Made by a program: the position numbers and the translations under genes. A DNA stretch of 47,336 bases from Candidatus Kapaibacterium sp. GTDB lineage: Bacteria; Bacteroidota; Ignavibacteria; OLB7. Each line of letters opens with the position of its first letter. Position 1 is the first letter of the stretch. The stretch is from positions 1 to 47,336 of the forward strand of contig JBFWSB010000001.1 of NCBI GenBank assembly GCA_050248595.1, in the 5' to 3' direction. The notes under the pieces were generated by a model. That model was not told where the DNA came from, did not search any database, and worked only from the letters and a program-made list of their open reading frames with translations. Shown here one piece after another: positions 9,004 to 17,535 of this stretch.

Positions 9004-9723
9004 TCATTTTAAATTTTGAATTTGATTCTGACTTCCTCTCCGCTCTGCGGCAACCGGACTTGTCCGCACCCACCGAAAGTGCCAGAGGATTAACGACTTG
9101 GTAATACCACTTGTTCCCGCACTGATAATTACTGGCCACCCGGTTGCAACCCCCATCACAAGTCCGAACGAGACAACACTTATATCTTTAATCACTGTTG
9201 TCTGGTGCGTTCGGATTGCCCCAGCCCCGCCATCTCCACTCCGGCGCATAACGTAGACTTGGTGTAGGTCTGACTGGGCAATCAGAATGGCGAGGAACGG
9301 AATCACAAATTCTGAGAACTTTTTGGTGTAGGGGAGAACCGAATCGCCGATACCCCAGGCAACAAAGCCGAGTAGCAGAAAGAGGGTGGAGAGAGCGAAG
9401 ATATATTTGGAGACGGCATCCCGCCGATCAATAAAAATTTCAACTACAATCGTGTAGAGAAGCAGCACCGCCCCAAGATTCAACCAGACGAGGAAGTGGT
9501 TGAAGGGACGAATTGAGTAGCCGTAAATCACAATCACGTAGAAGGCAACGAACCTGACAACGTAGTGATTGAGCGAGAGGATTGCGGTTACCTTCCCTCT
9601 ACTTTCTCCCCCCTCCCTGAAAAACTCTTTCCGCCTGTAGATCGTGCGAAGCTGTATCCAGATGCCCACCAGATTGAGGAAGATGAACGTATTACTGAGT
9701 ATCCCCAGTATGGTGTAGAGCAT
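9004..9723 (-). CDS. Polytopic membrane protein (about 7 TM), possibly PQ-loop-like
   Basis: Start placed at MLYTILGILSNTFIFLNLVG; the upstream extension of the track ORF runs into a repeat fragment. There are two internally similar halves, each with a basic loop after a TM (IQLRTIYRRKE... and QVYVMRRSGDGG...). Confidence 0.55.
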   Translation of the reverse strand: MLYTILGILSNTFIFLNLVGIWIQLRTIYRRKEFFREGGESRGKVTAILSLNHYVVRFVAFYVIVIYGYSIRPFNHFLVWLNLGAVLLLYTIVVEIFIDRRDAVSKYIFALSTLFLLLGFVAWGIGDSVLPYTKKFSEFVIPFLAILIAQSDLHQVYVMRRSGDGGAGAIRTHQTTVIKDISVVSFGLVMGVATGWPVIISAGTSGITKSLILWHFRWVRTSPVAAERRGSQNQIQNLK

Positions 9724-9813
9724 AGCGCGTTGTTGCTGCGTAGAGGGAACTGTTCGGCGCAATCTACGATAATGACCAGAATGACTCTCGTGGACTTTTG
9801 TTCGCGGAAGAAT

Positions 9814-9868
9814 CACGCAAAGACGCGAAGGCGCAAAGAACGCGGAGGTTGTAGTTGGAGATTTTCAG
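9814..9868 (+). repeat. Fragment (head module) of the composite intergenic repeat family
   Basis: CACGCAAAGACGCGAAGGCGCAAAGAA followed by GGAGGTTG, matching the GCGCAAAG-box head seen at 22266, 26925-26965 (rc) and 39040-39142 (rc). Confidence 0.5.
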
Positions 9869-9901
9869 CTCTAAGCAACGTAAGCGTTGAGAGGGGATTC
9901 C

Positions 9902-10396
9902 TTACCTACCAACATTTTCATTGCTCTGCAGATCTGTCTCAATCATATCCCCGACTCGGATTTTTCCTCCTTCAACAATCCTCGCCCGCAATCCTCCTCG
10001 ACCGACCATTGCGGGGAGCACTTCCGGAACGAGAACTTTGGCGAGGTAAGCACAAGGCTCACAGAGACCGACAGCGTAGAGCTTCACATCTCCGAGTCGG
10101 AACTCCCGACCAACTAACTGATTCAACCGGACACCTTGCGTGACAATGTTTCTGCGGAACGCACCGTAGTCGATAGAGAAGCCATGCTCAGCGTTGAATC
10201 GGTCGATCTCCTCCGACTCGATCAGCGTTACTTCATAGTCACGGGTCTCGTCCACATTTTTAGAGAACGTTCCAAGCTCCACGGAATATCGATCCCCCAC
10301 GATTCCTCTCTCCACCACTAACTCCCCCTCTTCACGTGAGATCATTTCTTCACCACTACTTAACGTCGAATAGATACCGAGAATCTTCGGTTCCAT
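9902..10396 (-). CDS. MOSC domain-containing protein
   Basis: 164 aa: GDRYS..., EEIDRFNAEHG, FRRNIVTQGVRLNQLVGREFRLGDVKLYAVGLCEPCAYL, GGLRARIVEGGKIRVGD. This is the typical MOSC beta-barrel with a conserved Cys. Confidence 0.85.
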   Translation of the reverse strand: MEPKILGIYSTLSSGEEMISREEGELVVERGIVGDRYSVELGTFSKNVDETRDYEVTLIESEEIDRFNAEHGFSIDYGAFRRNIVTQGVRLNQLVGREFRLGDVKLYAVGLCEPCAYLAKVLVPEVLPAMVGRGGLRARIVEGGKIRVGDMIETDLQSNENVGR

Positions 10397-10415
10397 AAGC
10401 AGAACTCGTTTACTC

Positions 10416-10997
10416 TTAATGATGTTCAGTTAACGTTCTCTCAATTCGCCGATCTGGAATCAGCCAGATGACAGCAACGAGCACGTAGAGAGCGGAGGCA
10501 ATCATCGGGTGAACAAATGCTAAGGGCATTGCAGCGGCGTAAATCGCTACGGAAACCTTCCCCTTCACATCCTTACCAACTGCCTTCGCCAGTTCTGAAT
10601 TCTCTCCGTGATGTACTAACAACGAGCGCGTTAAGATATAGTAGGCAACACCTGCAAACAGAAGTACGAGACCGTAGAGAGCAACGGGGCGAGCAGTAAA
10701 GTGATTCTCTCCCATCCAAGCAGTGACGAAGGGAACGAGTGAAAGCCAAAACAGGAGGTGGACGTTCGCCCAGAGTATCCGTCCGTTTACCTGCTTCACC
10801 GCTTGCATCAGGTGGTGGTGGTTATTCCAGTAGATCGCCAAGTAGATAAAGCTGAGCACATAGCTGAGGAAGATCGGGATCAGAGGCCGGAGCGACTCGA
10901 AGTCATCTCCGTGCGGCACTTTCAACTCCAACACCATTATTGTGATGATAATCGCCAACACACCATCACTGAAGGCTTCAAGTCGTCCTTTTGTCAT
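10416..10997 (-). CDS. TMEM175/DUF1211-family membrane protein (putative K+ channel)
   Basis: MTKGRLEAFSDGVLAIIITIMVLELKVP is the family signature (RxEAFSDGVxAI). Six predicted TM segments. Confidence 0.85.
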   Translation of the reverse strand: MTKGRLEAFSDGVLAIIITIMVLELKVPHGDDFESLRPLIPIFLSYVLSFIYLAIYWNNHHHLMQAVKQVNGRILWANVHLLFWLSLVPFVTAWMGENHFTARPVALYGLVLLFAGVAYYILTRSLLVHHGENSELAKAVGKDVKGKVSVAIYAAAMPLAFVHPMIASALYVLVAVIWLIPDRRIERTLTEHH

Positions 10998-11101
10998 ATC
11001 TCAGTAGTCCGGAAAAAGTGGCACAGAAGATTGTTGCAACAGATAGCATGAATTGCGAACAAACTTAACCAGTAGAAGCCGAGTGAGCAAAAGGGAATGA
11101 A

Positions 11102-11365
11102 TCACTTCTCTCGCTTGTTTCTTTTCCACCTCTCCCGAACCACTTTCACCAAACCCCAGAGACTGATAGATCCCCAAATTCCCTCCAGAAGAATAAACCC
11201 GTGGCGATCATCAACGATAGCCACAATGATGAGAGAGGTAGAACCGGCGATATTCAATAAGAGGTAGGCTATATCAGACTGACGCAACCAACCAGACTGC
11301 AAAGCAGCGTAGGGGAAAAGGATACAGAAAGCACCGATGATAGAGAGAACCTGTAGGTTAAACAT
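11102..11365 (-). CDS. Small membrane protein (3 TM), CBU_0592-like
   Basis: 87 aa, hydrophobic, with a basic C-terminal tail RERWKRNKREK. Confidence 0.55.
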   Translation of the reverse strand: MFNLQVLSIIGAFCILFPYAALQSGWLRQSDIAYLLLNIAGSTSLIIVAIVDDRHGFILLEGIWGSISLWGLVKVVRERWKRNKREK

Positions 11366-11434
11366 AGTATTGATTGCATCCTGCTTGCAGAGAAGACTGA
11401 ACAGTCTGGGAGAAGGAGCAATCTCGATATTGTT

Positions 11435-13135
11435 TTAAGGGTTCTTCCGAAGGAAGCGAAGGTCGTTCACTCTTCCAACGCTTACAATCATAGCAACAAC
11501 TTCACCTTCACTCCCTCTCTCAAACTCAACTTTGTGTAGAAACCACTCACTCCCCACAAAATGATCCTCCGCTACCGGCGCAAGGAGAACCGAGTCGCCA
11601 TGCGACGACATTGCAATCAACCCTTCTCCCTCGGGAACAAGCCGATAGGTCGTCTCAAGCTCATCGCTGTAGTATTCTCCGGCATAGGCTGGGAGCGCAC
11701 CTGCATCTATCTTGAAAGGAATAACGCGGTGCGCCGTAAAGTCTCCCCCCTGGTGCAGCGTCACGGTCTGGGCACTCCCCTCCTTTTCCCGGTGAAAGGT
11801 CAACGATGCATCAATCTGCGTCAAGAAGAAGGTGGAATCTGAAGAAGGAAAAATCTCAAGCTCTTGCTGCCCTGTAGCTTGACTGTAGTAGCGGTCACCA
11901 TCGCGCCGGAACGTCAAAACGAAGTCAGGTGCAATATCCAGAGCGTAGTCTCCTACGTAGGCGTCGAAGAGCGTAGGATCGAACGCTACTTCTGTTGTGG
12001 GGGGAGTCGGGTCGGGAGAAGACTGATGAGAAGTTGTAGATGCAGGAAGAGAAGATTCGAGAACAATTGCCAAAACCCTTTCAGCCGCCGCCGATGGATT
12101 GCTGACGCCGCAGTTCGAGAGGAGCGCAACGGAAAGGTGTTCCGAAGGGATGCGCATCAACTCCGCCCGGTAACCTCCCCAACTTCCGCCGTGGCTCACC
12201 ACAGGAATCCCCATAAACTCACTCTGCATCAGCCCGAGCGAGTAGTCGAGTGTCTCCCCATTATCGAGAACTCCCCTTCGGAGTAACTCTCGATTCAATT
12301 CCTCTCCACCAACTGTTGGGTGAAAGAAGTTCTCATCCCAGAGCAGGAGGTCTTCTACAGAGGTAAATATCCCCCCATCTCCATTTTGCTCCCAATAGGA
12401 GACATCACGATGCCAAGCCCCATCATCTCCGGGAGAGTAGGCAATAGCCCGATCCTGAATCACCTCCGTGTGATCGTCCACATAGGTTGTGTGAGCCATC
12501 CCGAGAGGAGCGAAAATTCTTTCGGCAGCAAATTCACGGAGAGTCTTTCCCGTTACTCGCTCAACGATCACTGCCCCGAGGAAATACCCAGTATTGCTGT
12601 AGAGGTGCTCTGTTCCCGGCTCAAAATTCAATCCGCGCTGTCGTACAATCACCCGCAACGCGTCGTCGGCTGTGGTTACGTCGTCGATGTCAAATCCACT
12701 CATCGACATCAGTCCGATGTAGTCGCGAAGTCCACTGGTATGGTTCAGCAAGTGGCGAATTGTTATCGGTTTGCCATAGTCTGGAAGCTCTAAAATGTAC
12801 TTCCGCACGTCATCTTCCAGCGACAGTTCCCCCTCCTGTTCTAAGAGGAGCAAGGCCGTTGCCGTGAACTGTTTGGAGGTCGACCCAATATCGAACCGGG
12901 TCTGTGGCGTAATTGGGACAGCATGTTCTAAGTCGGCCATACCGTAACCGGCGGAGTAGATAAGTTTCCCCCCTCGATAGATGCCGAGAGCATAGCCGGG
13001 AGAATCTTGCCGGTCATACCTTGTGAAGAGAGAATCAATTCGGGCAATCTGCGCCTTGGTCAGTGGCTGAGAGAAAAGATTGTGTGGTGCAGTGGAAATG
13101 GCTGCGAGCAAAAACAAGTACCAAGATGGCTTCAT
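11435..13135 (-). CDS. Secreted serine hydrolase of the beta-lactamase/PBP4* family with a C-terminal extension
   Basis: Signal peptide plus catalytic SxxK motif GSTSKQFTA, YSNTGY (YxN) and HGGSWGG (KTG-equivalent region). The extra part of about 180 aa has repeated beta-rich segments. Confidence 0.85.
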   Translation of the reverse strand: MKPSWYLFLLAAISTAPHNLFSQPLTKAQIARIDSLFTRYDRQDSPGYALGIYRGGKLIYSAGYGMADLEHAVPITPQTRFDIGSTSKQFTATALLLLEQEGELSLEDDVRKYILELPDYGKPITIRHLLNHTSGLRDYIGLMSMSGFDIDDVTTADDALRVIVRQRGLNFEPGTEHLYSNTGYFLGAVIVERVTGKTLREFAAERIFAPLGMAHTTYVDDHTEVIQDRAIAYSPGDDGAWHRDVSYWEQNGDGGIFTSVEDLLLWDENFFHPTVGGEELNRELLRRGVLDNGETLDYSLGLMQSEFMGIPVVSHGGSWGGYRAELMRIPSEHLSVALLSNCGVSNPSAAAERVLAIVLESSLPASTTSHQSSPDPTPPTTEVAFDPTLFDAYVGDYALDIAPDFVLTFRRDGDRYYSQATGQQELEIFPSSDSTFFLTQIDASLTFHREKEGSAQTVTLHQGGDFTAHRVIPFKIDAGALPAYAGEYYSDELETTYRLVPEGEGLIAMSSHGDSVLLAPVAEDHFVGSEWFLHKVEFERGSEGEVVAMIVSVGRVNDLRFLRKNP

Positions 13136-13268
13136 AAAAAATGTTTGGATCGTTCAGGTTATTCTGAGCGTCCGCGTCATACAGGATCAGTACTGAAAAA
13201 GATGCAGTCGAAGAGAAGGAATATCTAACTCGTCTGCTGACCAACTTTTCACTAAGCAACCTTTATCC

Positions 13269-14621
13269 TCACCCTTCAAGCTCCCGACAAATCGTATAGA
13301 CCCCGGCGCACTCCGAAACCTGCTGATAGCGAACAACCGTTCCGACGATCTTCTTTTCGATTTGTTCGCACATTTCCTCAGCACTCCAGTAATGTTCTCG
13401 ATGATCCCAGAGGTGTCGCCAACGCTCTTCTGCCAGCTCTCTGATCTTTCCATTTGGGAAGGAGATATCCCCAATCACAATTCGCCCCTTCGGCTTTAGG
13501 TGGTTCTGGACGAGCCGTTCGATCAGTGAGAGCTTCACTTGGTCGTCGAACTCGTGGAGAACGTACCCAGCAACTATCAGGTCGAATTGCCGGTTCAGTT
13601 CTGGCGGGAATGGCGCAGTGAGGTCGGCTTGAATCAACTCGGCGTCGGGCAAAAGCTCGGCAGCTTGCTGGAGCATCTTCTCCGAGAAATCTATCCCAGT
13701 AATGGCACAATCGAACGGGAGGAATCGGACGGCAAGGTTTCCCGTGCCGATACCGAGATCGAGAACTGAAGCGGCGGGAGTCGGGTCGGCCTGCTCCACC
13801 ACTTGATCGAGCACCTCATCATATCCCTGAAACGGGAAGTCGACATTGGAAGATGATGGGTTATAATTCTCCGCCCACTGGTTGAAGATATCCAAACGCT
13901 CGAACGGCTTTGGTTGTTCCGGCAGGGTTTCCCTCTCATGTAAATCAATCGATTCTCTCTTCTTTCTCCCTTGCGTGAACGTATTCTTTACTCGTTTGGA
14001 TAAAGAGACGTAGGCAATCCAGATAGCAGAACGAGCAATCCATTCCAAACTCCCCAAATAATTTTCCCCGTAAAGAACCGAGAGGGTTATTCCATCGCTG
14101 ATTGAAAAGACAACCGAGGCGACCAACGTCCAGATATAGACTTTGGGGAACAGGTAAGATTTACGAAAGAAGAGGAAGATCAGAACGCCGATCATGGTCA
14201 TCAGAGCAAGCTCGAATACCATCTCCCAGAGAATGATCATGCTCAGAAGGAAATCGTAGTGCGGACTGGCCGGATCACTTAGTTGAGTCCACCTTCCATC
14301 AGTAAAGAGAGAGAGGTAGTTACTCTGTAGCCGAAAGAGGCCGATCAGCAGACTCCAAGAGAGATTGATGAAGAGCAAAATGAGCCATCCCCCCAACCCA
14401 CTTGGACCTGAGGCAACAGGCTCTTCTACAACCTTCTCATCTACTGATGAGAGAAGCAGCTCTGCTCGATCAAGTCCCCTTTCCTTCAGCACTCGAAGTA
14501 TTGTTGCCTCCCCCTCCGCCGTAAATCCCCCCTCACGATAGAGAGCAACCAATCCCTCATCGGACATCTCTCGATAGCGGTTGTAGAGTTGTTGCGCTGG
14601 GTCATGACGGGTGTTCGACAT
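13269..14621 (-). CDS. Fusion protein: polytopic membrane domain (DUF2569-like) plus C-terminal class I SAM-dependent methyltransferase
   Basis: N-terminal soluble segment, then about 5 TM (GLGGWLILLFINLSWSLLIGLF...), then VLDLGIGTGNLAVRF (motif I GxGxG), ITGIDFSEKM and DLIVAGYVLHEF. Confidence 0.75.
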   Translation of the reverse strand: MSNTRHDPAQQLYNRYREMSDEGLVALYREGGFTAEGEATILRVLKERGLDRAELLLSSVDEKVVEEPVASGPSGLGGWLILLFINLSWSLLIGLFRLQSNYLSLFTDGRWTQLSDPASPHYDFLLSMIILWEMVFELALMTMIGVLIFLFFRKSYLFPKVYIWTLVASVVFSISDGITLSVLYGENYLGSLEWIARSAIWIAYVSLSKRVKNTFTQGRKKRESIDLHERETLPEQPKPFERLDIFNQWAENYNPSSSNVDFPFQGYDEVLDQVVEQADPTPAASVLDLGIGTGNLAVRFLPFDCAITGIDFSEKMLQQAAELLPDAELIQADLTAPFPPELNRQFDLIVAGYVLHEFDDQVKLSLIERLVQNHLKPKGRIVIGDISFPNGKIRELAEERWRHLWDHREHYWSAEEMCEQIEKKIVGTVVRYQQVSECAGVYTICRELEG

Positions 14622-14664
14622 AGACTTTTGATCTTACGTTGAATAGCTCAACTCTTCAGATGAG

Positions 14665-16014
14665 CTACAGAGTCTGATGAAATACCTGTAGAGGTTGATA
14701 TCGCATTTCCGCACCAACTCGCATCACGATGTAGTATTGCCCTGCAGGTAACTCGTCACTCTGATACCACAACTGATGCTTTCCCGGTTCATACACCCCC
14801 TCCTCCAATACTGCAATTTCAACTCCAAGCGCGTTGTAGAGTGCAAGCCGAACGCCTGAACGTTCTGCAACCTGAAACCGGATCGTCACCAGACCGTGCG
14901 ACGGATTGGGTGTTGCTGGGAATAGTGCATTAGTTAACTCTACATCCGAACCAGCAACCGCTGATATCTCCGGGACTTCGCAGAGGCCGAAGCCAAGGTA
15001 ACCAGCAACCGCGATGTATCTGCTGTCGGAACTGAACTCTCCGTGGATTGCGAAACTCTGTGATGCAGATGGGAAGACATACTTAGCAATCTTGTATGAC
15101 TGTGAGGTAGCAACATTAGCTATCTCGATATTCCCTTCTTTGTATAAAGGAAGAATAAGGATTAACGATCCGTCTCGATTGTAGCGCGCACTCCCGACAT
15201 TCTCGATCTCGGCAGTGTAGATCGTGTTGATGACCTCACCGGTTGCTGTCGAGAGTTCCTGTACTGCGTCGTTAACTGGACTAAATTCTGTGCCATTGTG
15301 CCTTACCAAAATTCGGTTTCCGTCCGGACTAAACTGCATGTCACGATAGAATGACCATGAGCCTATTCTCCACTCTTCTCTCATCGTTGCTATGTCAATA
15401 CACTGTATAGAATCTCTCGGAAATAATGTATTATACATGATTACCTTACTCTCATCCGGACTTATTGCAAAACCTATGTGGAAAAAGTCAGCCGAACCTG
15501 ATATCGGAAGTATCTCCCGCTTGAACTCTCCTGTCGTCAAATCATGAACGTGTACTTTGTAGGGATAGAGTACCCATAGCTCATTTGTCTTGGAAAGGAG
15601 CCTAGCGTCGACGATAGCATAATCCTTAATTCTCTGGATCGAGAACCGGAGCTTCCACGTATCAGTCTCATAGACATTGATTGAATAATAATTGTAGCGC
15701 AAGATCAGCGAACTATCATGGTTAAAGCGTAAAGGCTCATCTTTTTGCCGAAGCGTATCATTGGTAAGAGGCTGTGGCTCACCTAGCAAAAAATCTATAC
15801 TCCAAAGTCGCAAGGGTTGGTCATCTTGTGTCGTAAGAAGATGCTCGTCGTCAGGGAAGAAGACAATCCAGTTAAAGTTGTTCTCTTCATAGGTTGTCAA
15901 CTCAATTTCTTTGATTTCCTGTGCATTGGTAGCTACAACACAAAACGAGTTTTCCAAAACGACTGACAATATCAAAAACACGAGCACTTGCACATACTTG
16001 CTCGCAATACTCAT
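14665..16014 (-). CDS. Secreted beta-propeller-like protein with a T9SS type-A C-terminal sorting domain
   Basis: C-terminus PNPSHGLVTIRFQVAERSGVRLALYNALGVEIAVLEEGVYEPGKHQLWYQSDELPAGQYYIVMRV matches the Por/T9SS CTD pattern. The body has WD40/TolB-like repeats (FSPDG, ISPDES). Start chosen at MSIASKYVQVLVFLIL; the track start at 16041 is the alternative. Confidence 0.72.
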   Translation of the reverse strand: MSIASKYVQVLVFLILSVVLENSFCVVATNAQEIKEIELTTYEENNFNWIVFFPDDEHLLTTQDDQPLRLWSIDFLLGEPQPLTNDTLRQKDEPLRFNHDSSLILRYNYYSINVYETDTWKLRFSIQRIKDYAIVDARLLSKTNELWVLYPYKVHVHDLTTGEFKREILPISGSADFFHIGFAISPDESKVIMYNTLFPRDSIQCIDIATMREEWRIGSWSFYRDMQFSPDGNRILVRHNGTEFSPVNDAVQELSTATGEVINTIYTAEIENVGSARYNRDGSLILILPLYKEGNIEIANVATSQSYKIAKYVFPSASQSFAIHGEFSSDSRYIAVAGYLGFGLCEVPEISAVAGSDVELTNALFPATPNPSHGLVTIRFQVAERSGVRLALYNALGVEIAVLEEGVYEPGKHQLWYQSDELPAGQYYIVMRVGAEMRYQPLQVFHQTL

Positions 16015-16168
16015 GGAGGGTTTACAATGCCAATAACTCATTGCGGTTCTTGGTTCTTCTGTTCGTGAATCTCCGCGTCCTGAGAATGCTTCTTGATGCT
16101 TCGTCGGGAAGTCAACCAGATTGTCAGATCATCACGATTACAGAGTGATTGATGATGTTTACTTCAAT

Positions 16169-16325
16169 TGCAGGTGCGTCAGGTTACGTAACCTCTGTAA
16201 AAGTCGGCACGTAACTACGATAGCTTCTTGGTGGTGATTCACTTCCTTCCGGTCAACTCCTCTTGAAATACCACAAGCAATCACCCAACTGCCTCTATAC
16301 CGCTACGCTCCCTGACGCACCTGCA
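16169..16325. repeat. Perfect 15-bp inverted repeat (TGCAGGTGCGTCAGG / CCTGACGCACCTGCA) bracketing 127 bp
   Basis: Arms at 16169-16183 and 16311-16325, read directly. An internal 14-bp palindrome AGGTTACGTAACCT sits at 16181-16194. It lies in the 311-bp gap between the NmrA stop and the T9SS-cargo start. Confidence 0.6.
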
Positions 16326-16352
16326 AGAAGATTTCAATTTACGATTAGATCC

Positions 16353-17303
16353 CTACGGCATCGGGATATTCTCTTTGTTCTTCTGGAGCCAGGCATCAAA
16401 AGACTGAAGCGATGGATTCAATGCCTTGGTGGTCTCTACACTTCGAGCACCAACAAACTCTTCTTCGAAATCGTGCTTGAATTGGAACATGTTCCCTAAA
16501 TCATCTGCCCCAGGAAAATCGAAACTCCTGTAGACGTCGTGTGGAACGGCATTGTAGGTAATGTTCGTGCCCAAGGCCTTAGAGAGGGAGTTCGCCATCT
16601 CCGCGCCAGTAAGACTTTCACCAACGATACCAACAGTTTTTCCGATGTACTCGGGTCCTGCCTTGAAGATGCCGTAGGCCGACTTCCCAATATCTTCCGC
16701 TGCAATTCCCGGCAACTTCTTATCTCCCATTGGAAGGTTGAAGTAGAGGTTGTCATCAGGTCCCTTTGCTGGCCCCATGCCGAAGTAAGCCAAGTTATCC
16801 CAATAGAAGGATGTCCGCAGCAACGTCACTGGTAAACCAAGCCCAGTGAAATAGTTGTCAGCCTCTCCCTTCGCGTCGAAGTGAGGAACTTTGTAGGCTC
16901 CCATCAGCGTTGGCATCCGGTCATCCTCTAACGGAACCCAGTTGCGGGTATCTTCCAACGTGGACCAGATCACATGTTGAACTCCTGCCTCCTTCGCTGC
17001 ATCGGCCATTCCCTTGGCGTGCGCAAGCTCTTTCTCCGGTGAGAAGTGCTCCCAGAAGAAGGTGACGCAGAAGGCTCCGTAGGCTCCGTCGAACGCCTTC
17101 TTCAAACTCTCCACGTTTTCGACATCCGCCTCTACAACTTCAGCCCCTTTCGCGGCAAGTGCCTTAGCTTTTTCAGAAGAAGCATTCCGCGTGATGGCCC
17201 GCACACTGAACTGGCTATCTGGATCGCTCAGAATGGCCTCCGCAAGGCTGCCCCCCTGTGCACCGGTTGCTCCAACAATTGCGATGATTTTCTTTTCAGA
17301 CAT
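16353..17303 (-). CDS. NmrA-family NAD(P)-binding protein
   Basis: IAIVGATGAQGGSLAEAIL Rossmann motif. Length and overall pattern are typical of NmrA/HSCARG-like proteins. Confidence 0.85.
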   Translation of the reverse strand: MSEKKIIAIVGATGAQGGSLAEAILSDPDSQFSVRAITRNASSEKAKALAAKGAEVVEADVENVESLKKAFDGAYGAFCVTFFWEHFSPEKELAHAKGMADAAKEAGVQHVIWSTLEDTRNWVPLEDDRMPTLMGAYKVPHFDAKGEADNYFTGLGLPVTLLRTSFYWDNLAYFGMGPAKGPDDNLYFNLPMGDKKLPGIAAEDIGKSAYGIFKAGPEYIGKTVGIVGESLTGAEMANSLSKALGTNITYNAVPHDVYRSFDFPGADDLGNMFQFKHDFEEEFVGARSVETTKALNPSLQSFDAWLQKNKENIPMP

Positions 17304-17535
17304 TGTCTCTCCTAATGTTTTTGAATGAGATTATTGATTTCTGAACTAAAGATATGAGTATTGAGTGAAGAGAGGGATAAAGGGAGAGGTAAAATTCGTT
17401 GCAACGCACAATACTGGTATGAGCAGCAACTGGTATGCTGTGCTATCCTCGCAAAGGATAACCACCAAGAACACCAAGGGTAGAATATTTCTCCATTGTA
17501 CAGACTTCACGTGCTGTCTCTATAGCATCTCAGCC

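Noticed and set aside
11016-11034. TGGCACAGAAGATTGTTGC looks like a sigma-54 -24/-12 element
   Set aside because: The GG-to-TTG spacing is one base too long, and there is no plus-strand gene downstream (the next genes are on the minus strand).
13378-13948. Alternative-frame minus ORFs (13378-13710 and 13691-13948), plus 13187-13474, within or overlapping the methyltransferase region
   Set aside because: They overlap the frame that carries clear SAM-binding motifs, and their translations are Arg/Pro/Ser-rich noise.
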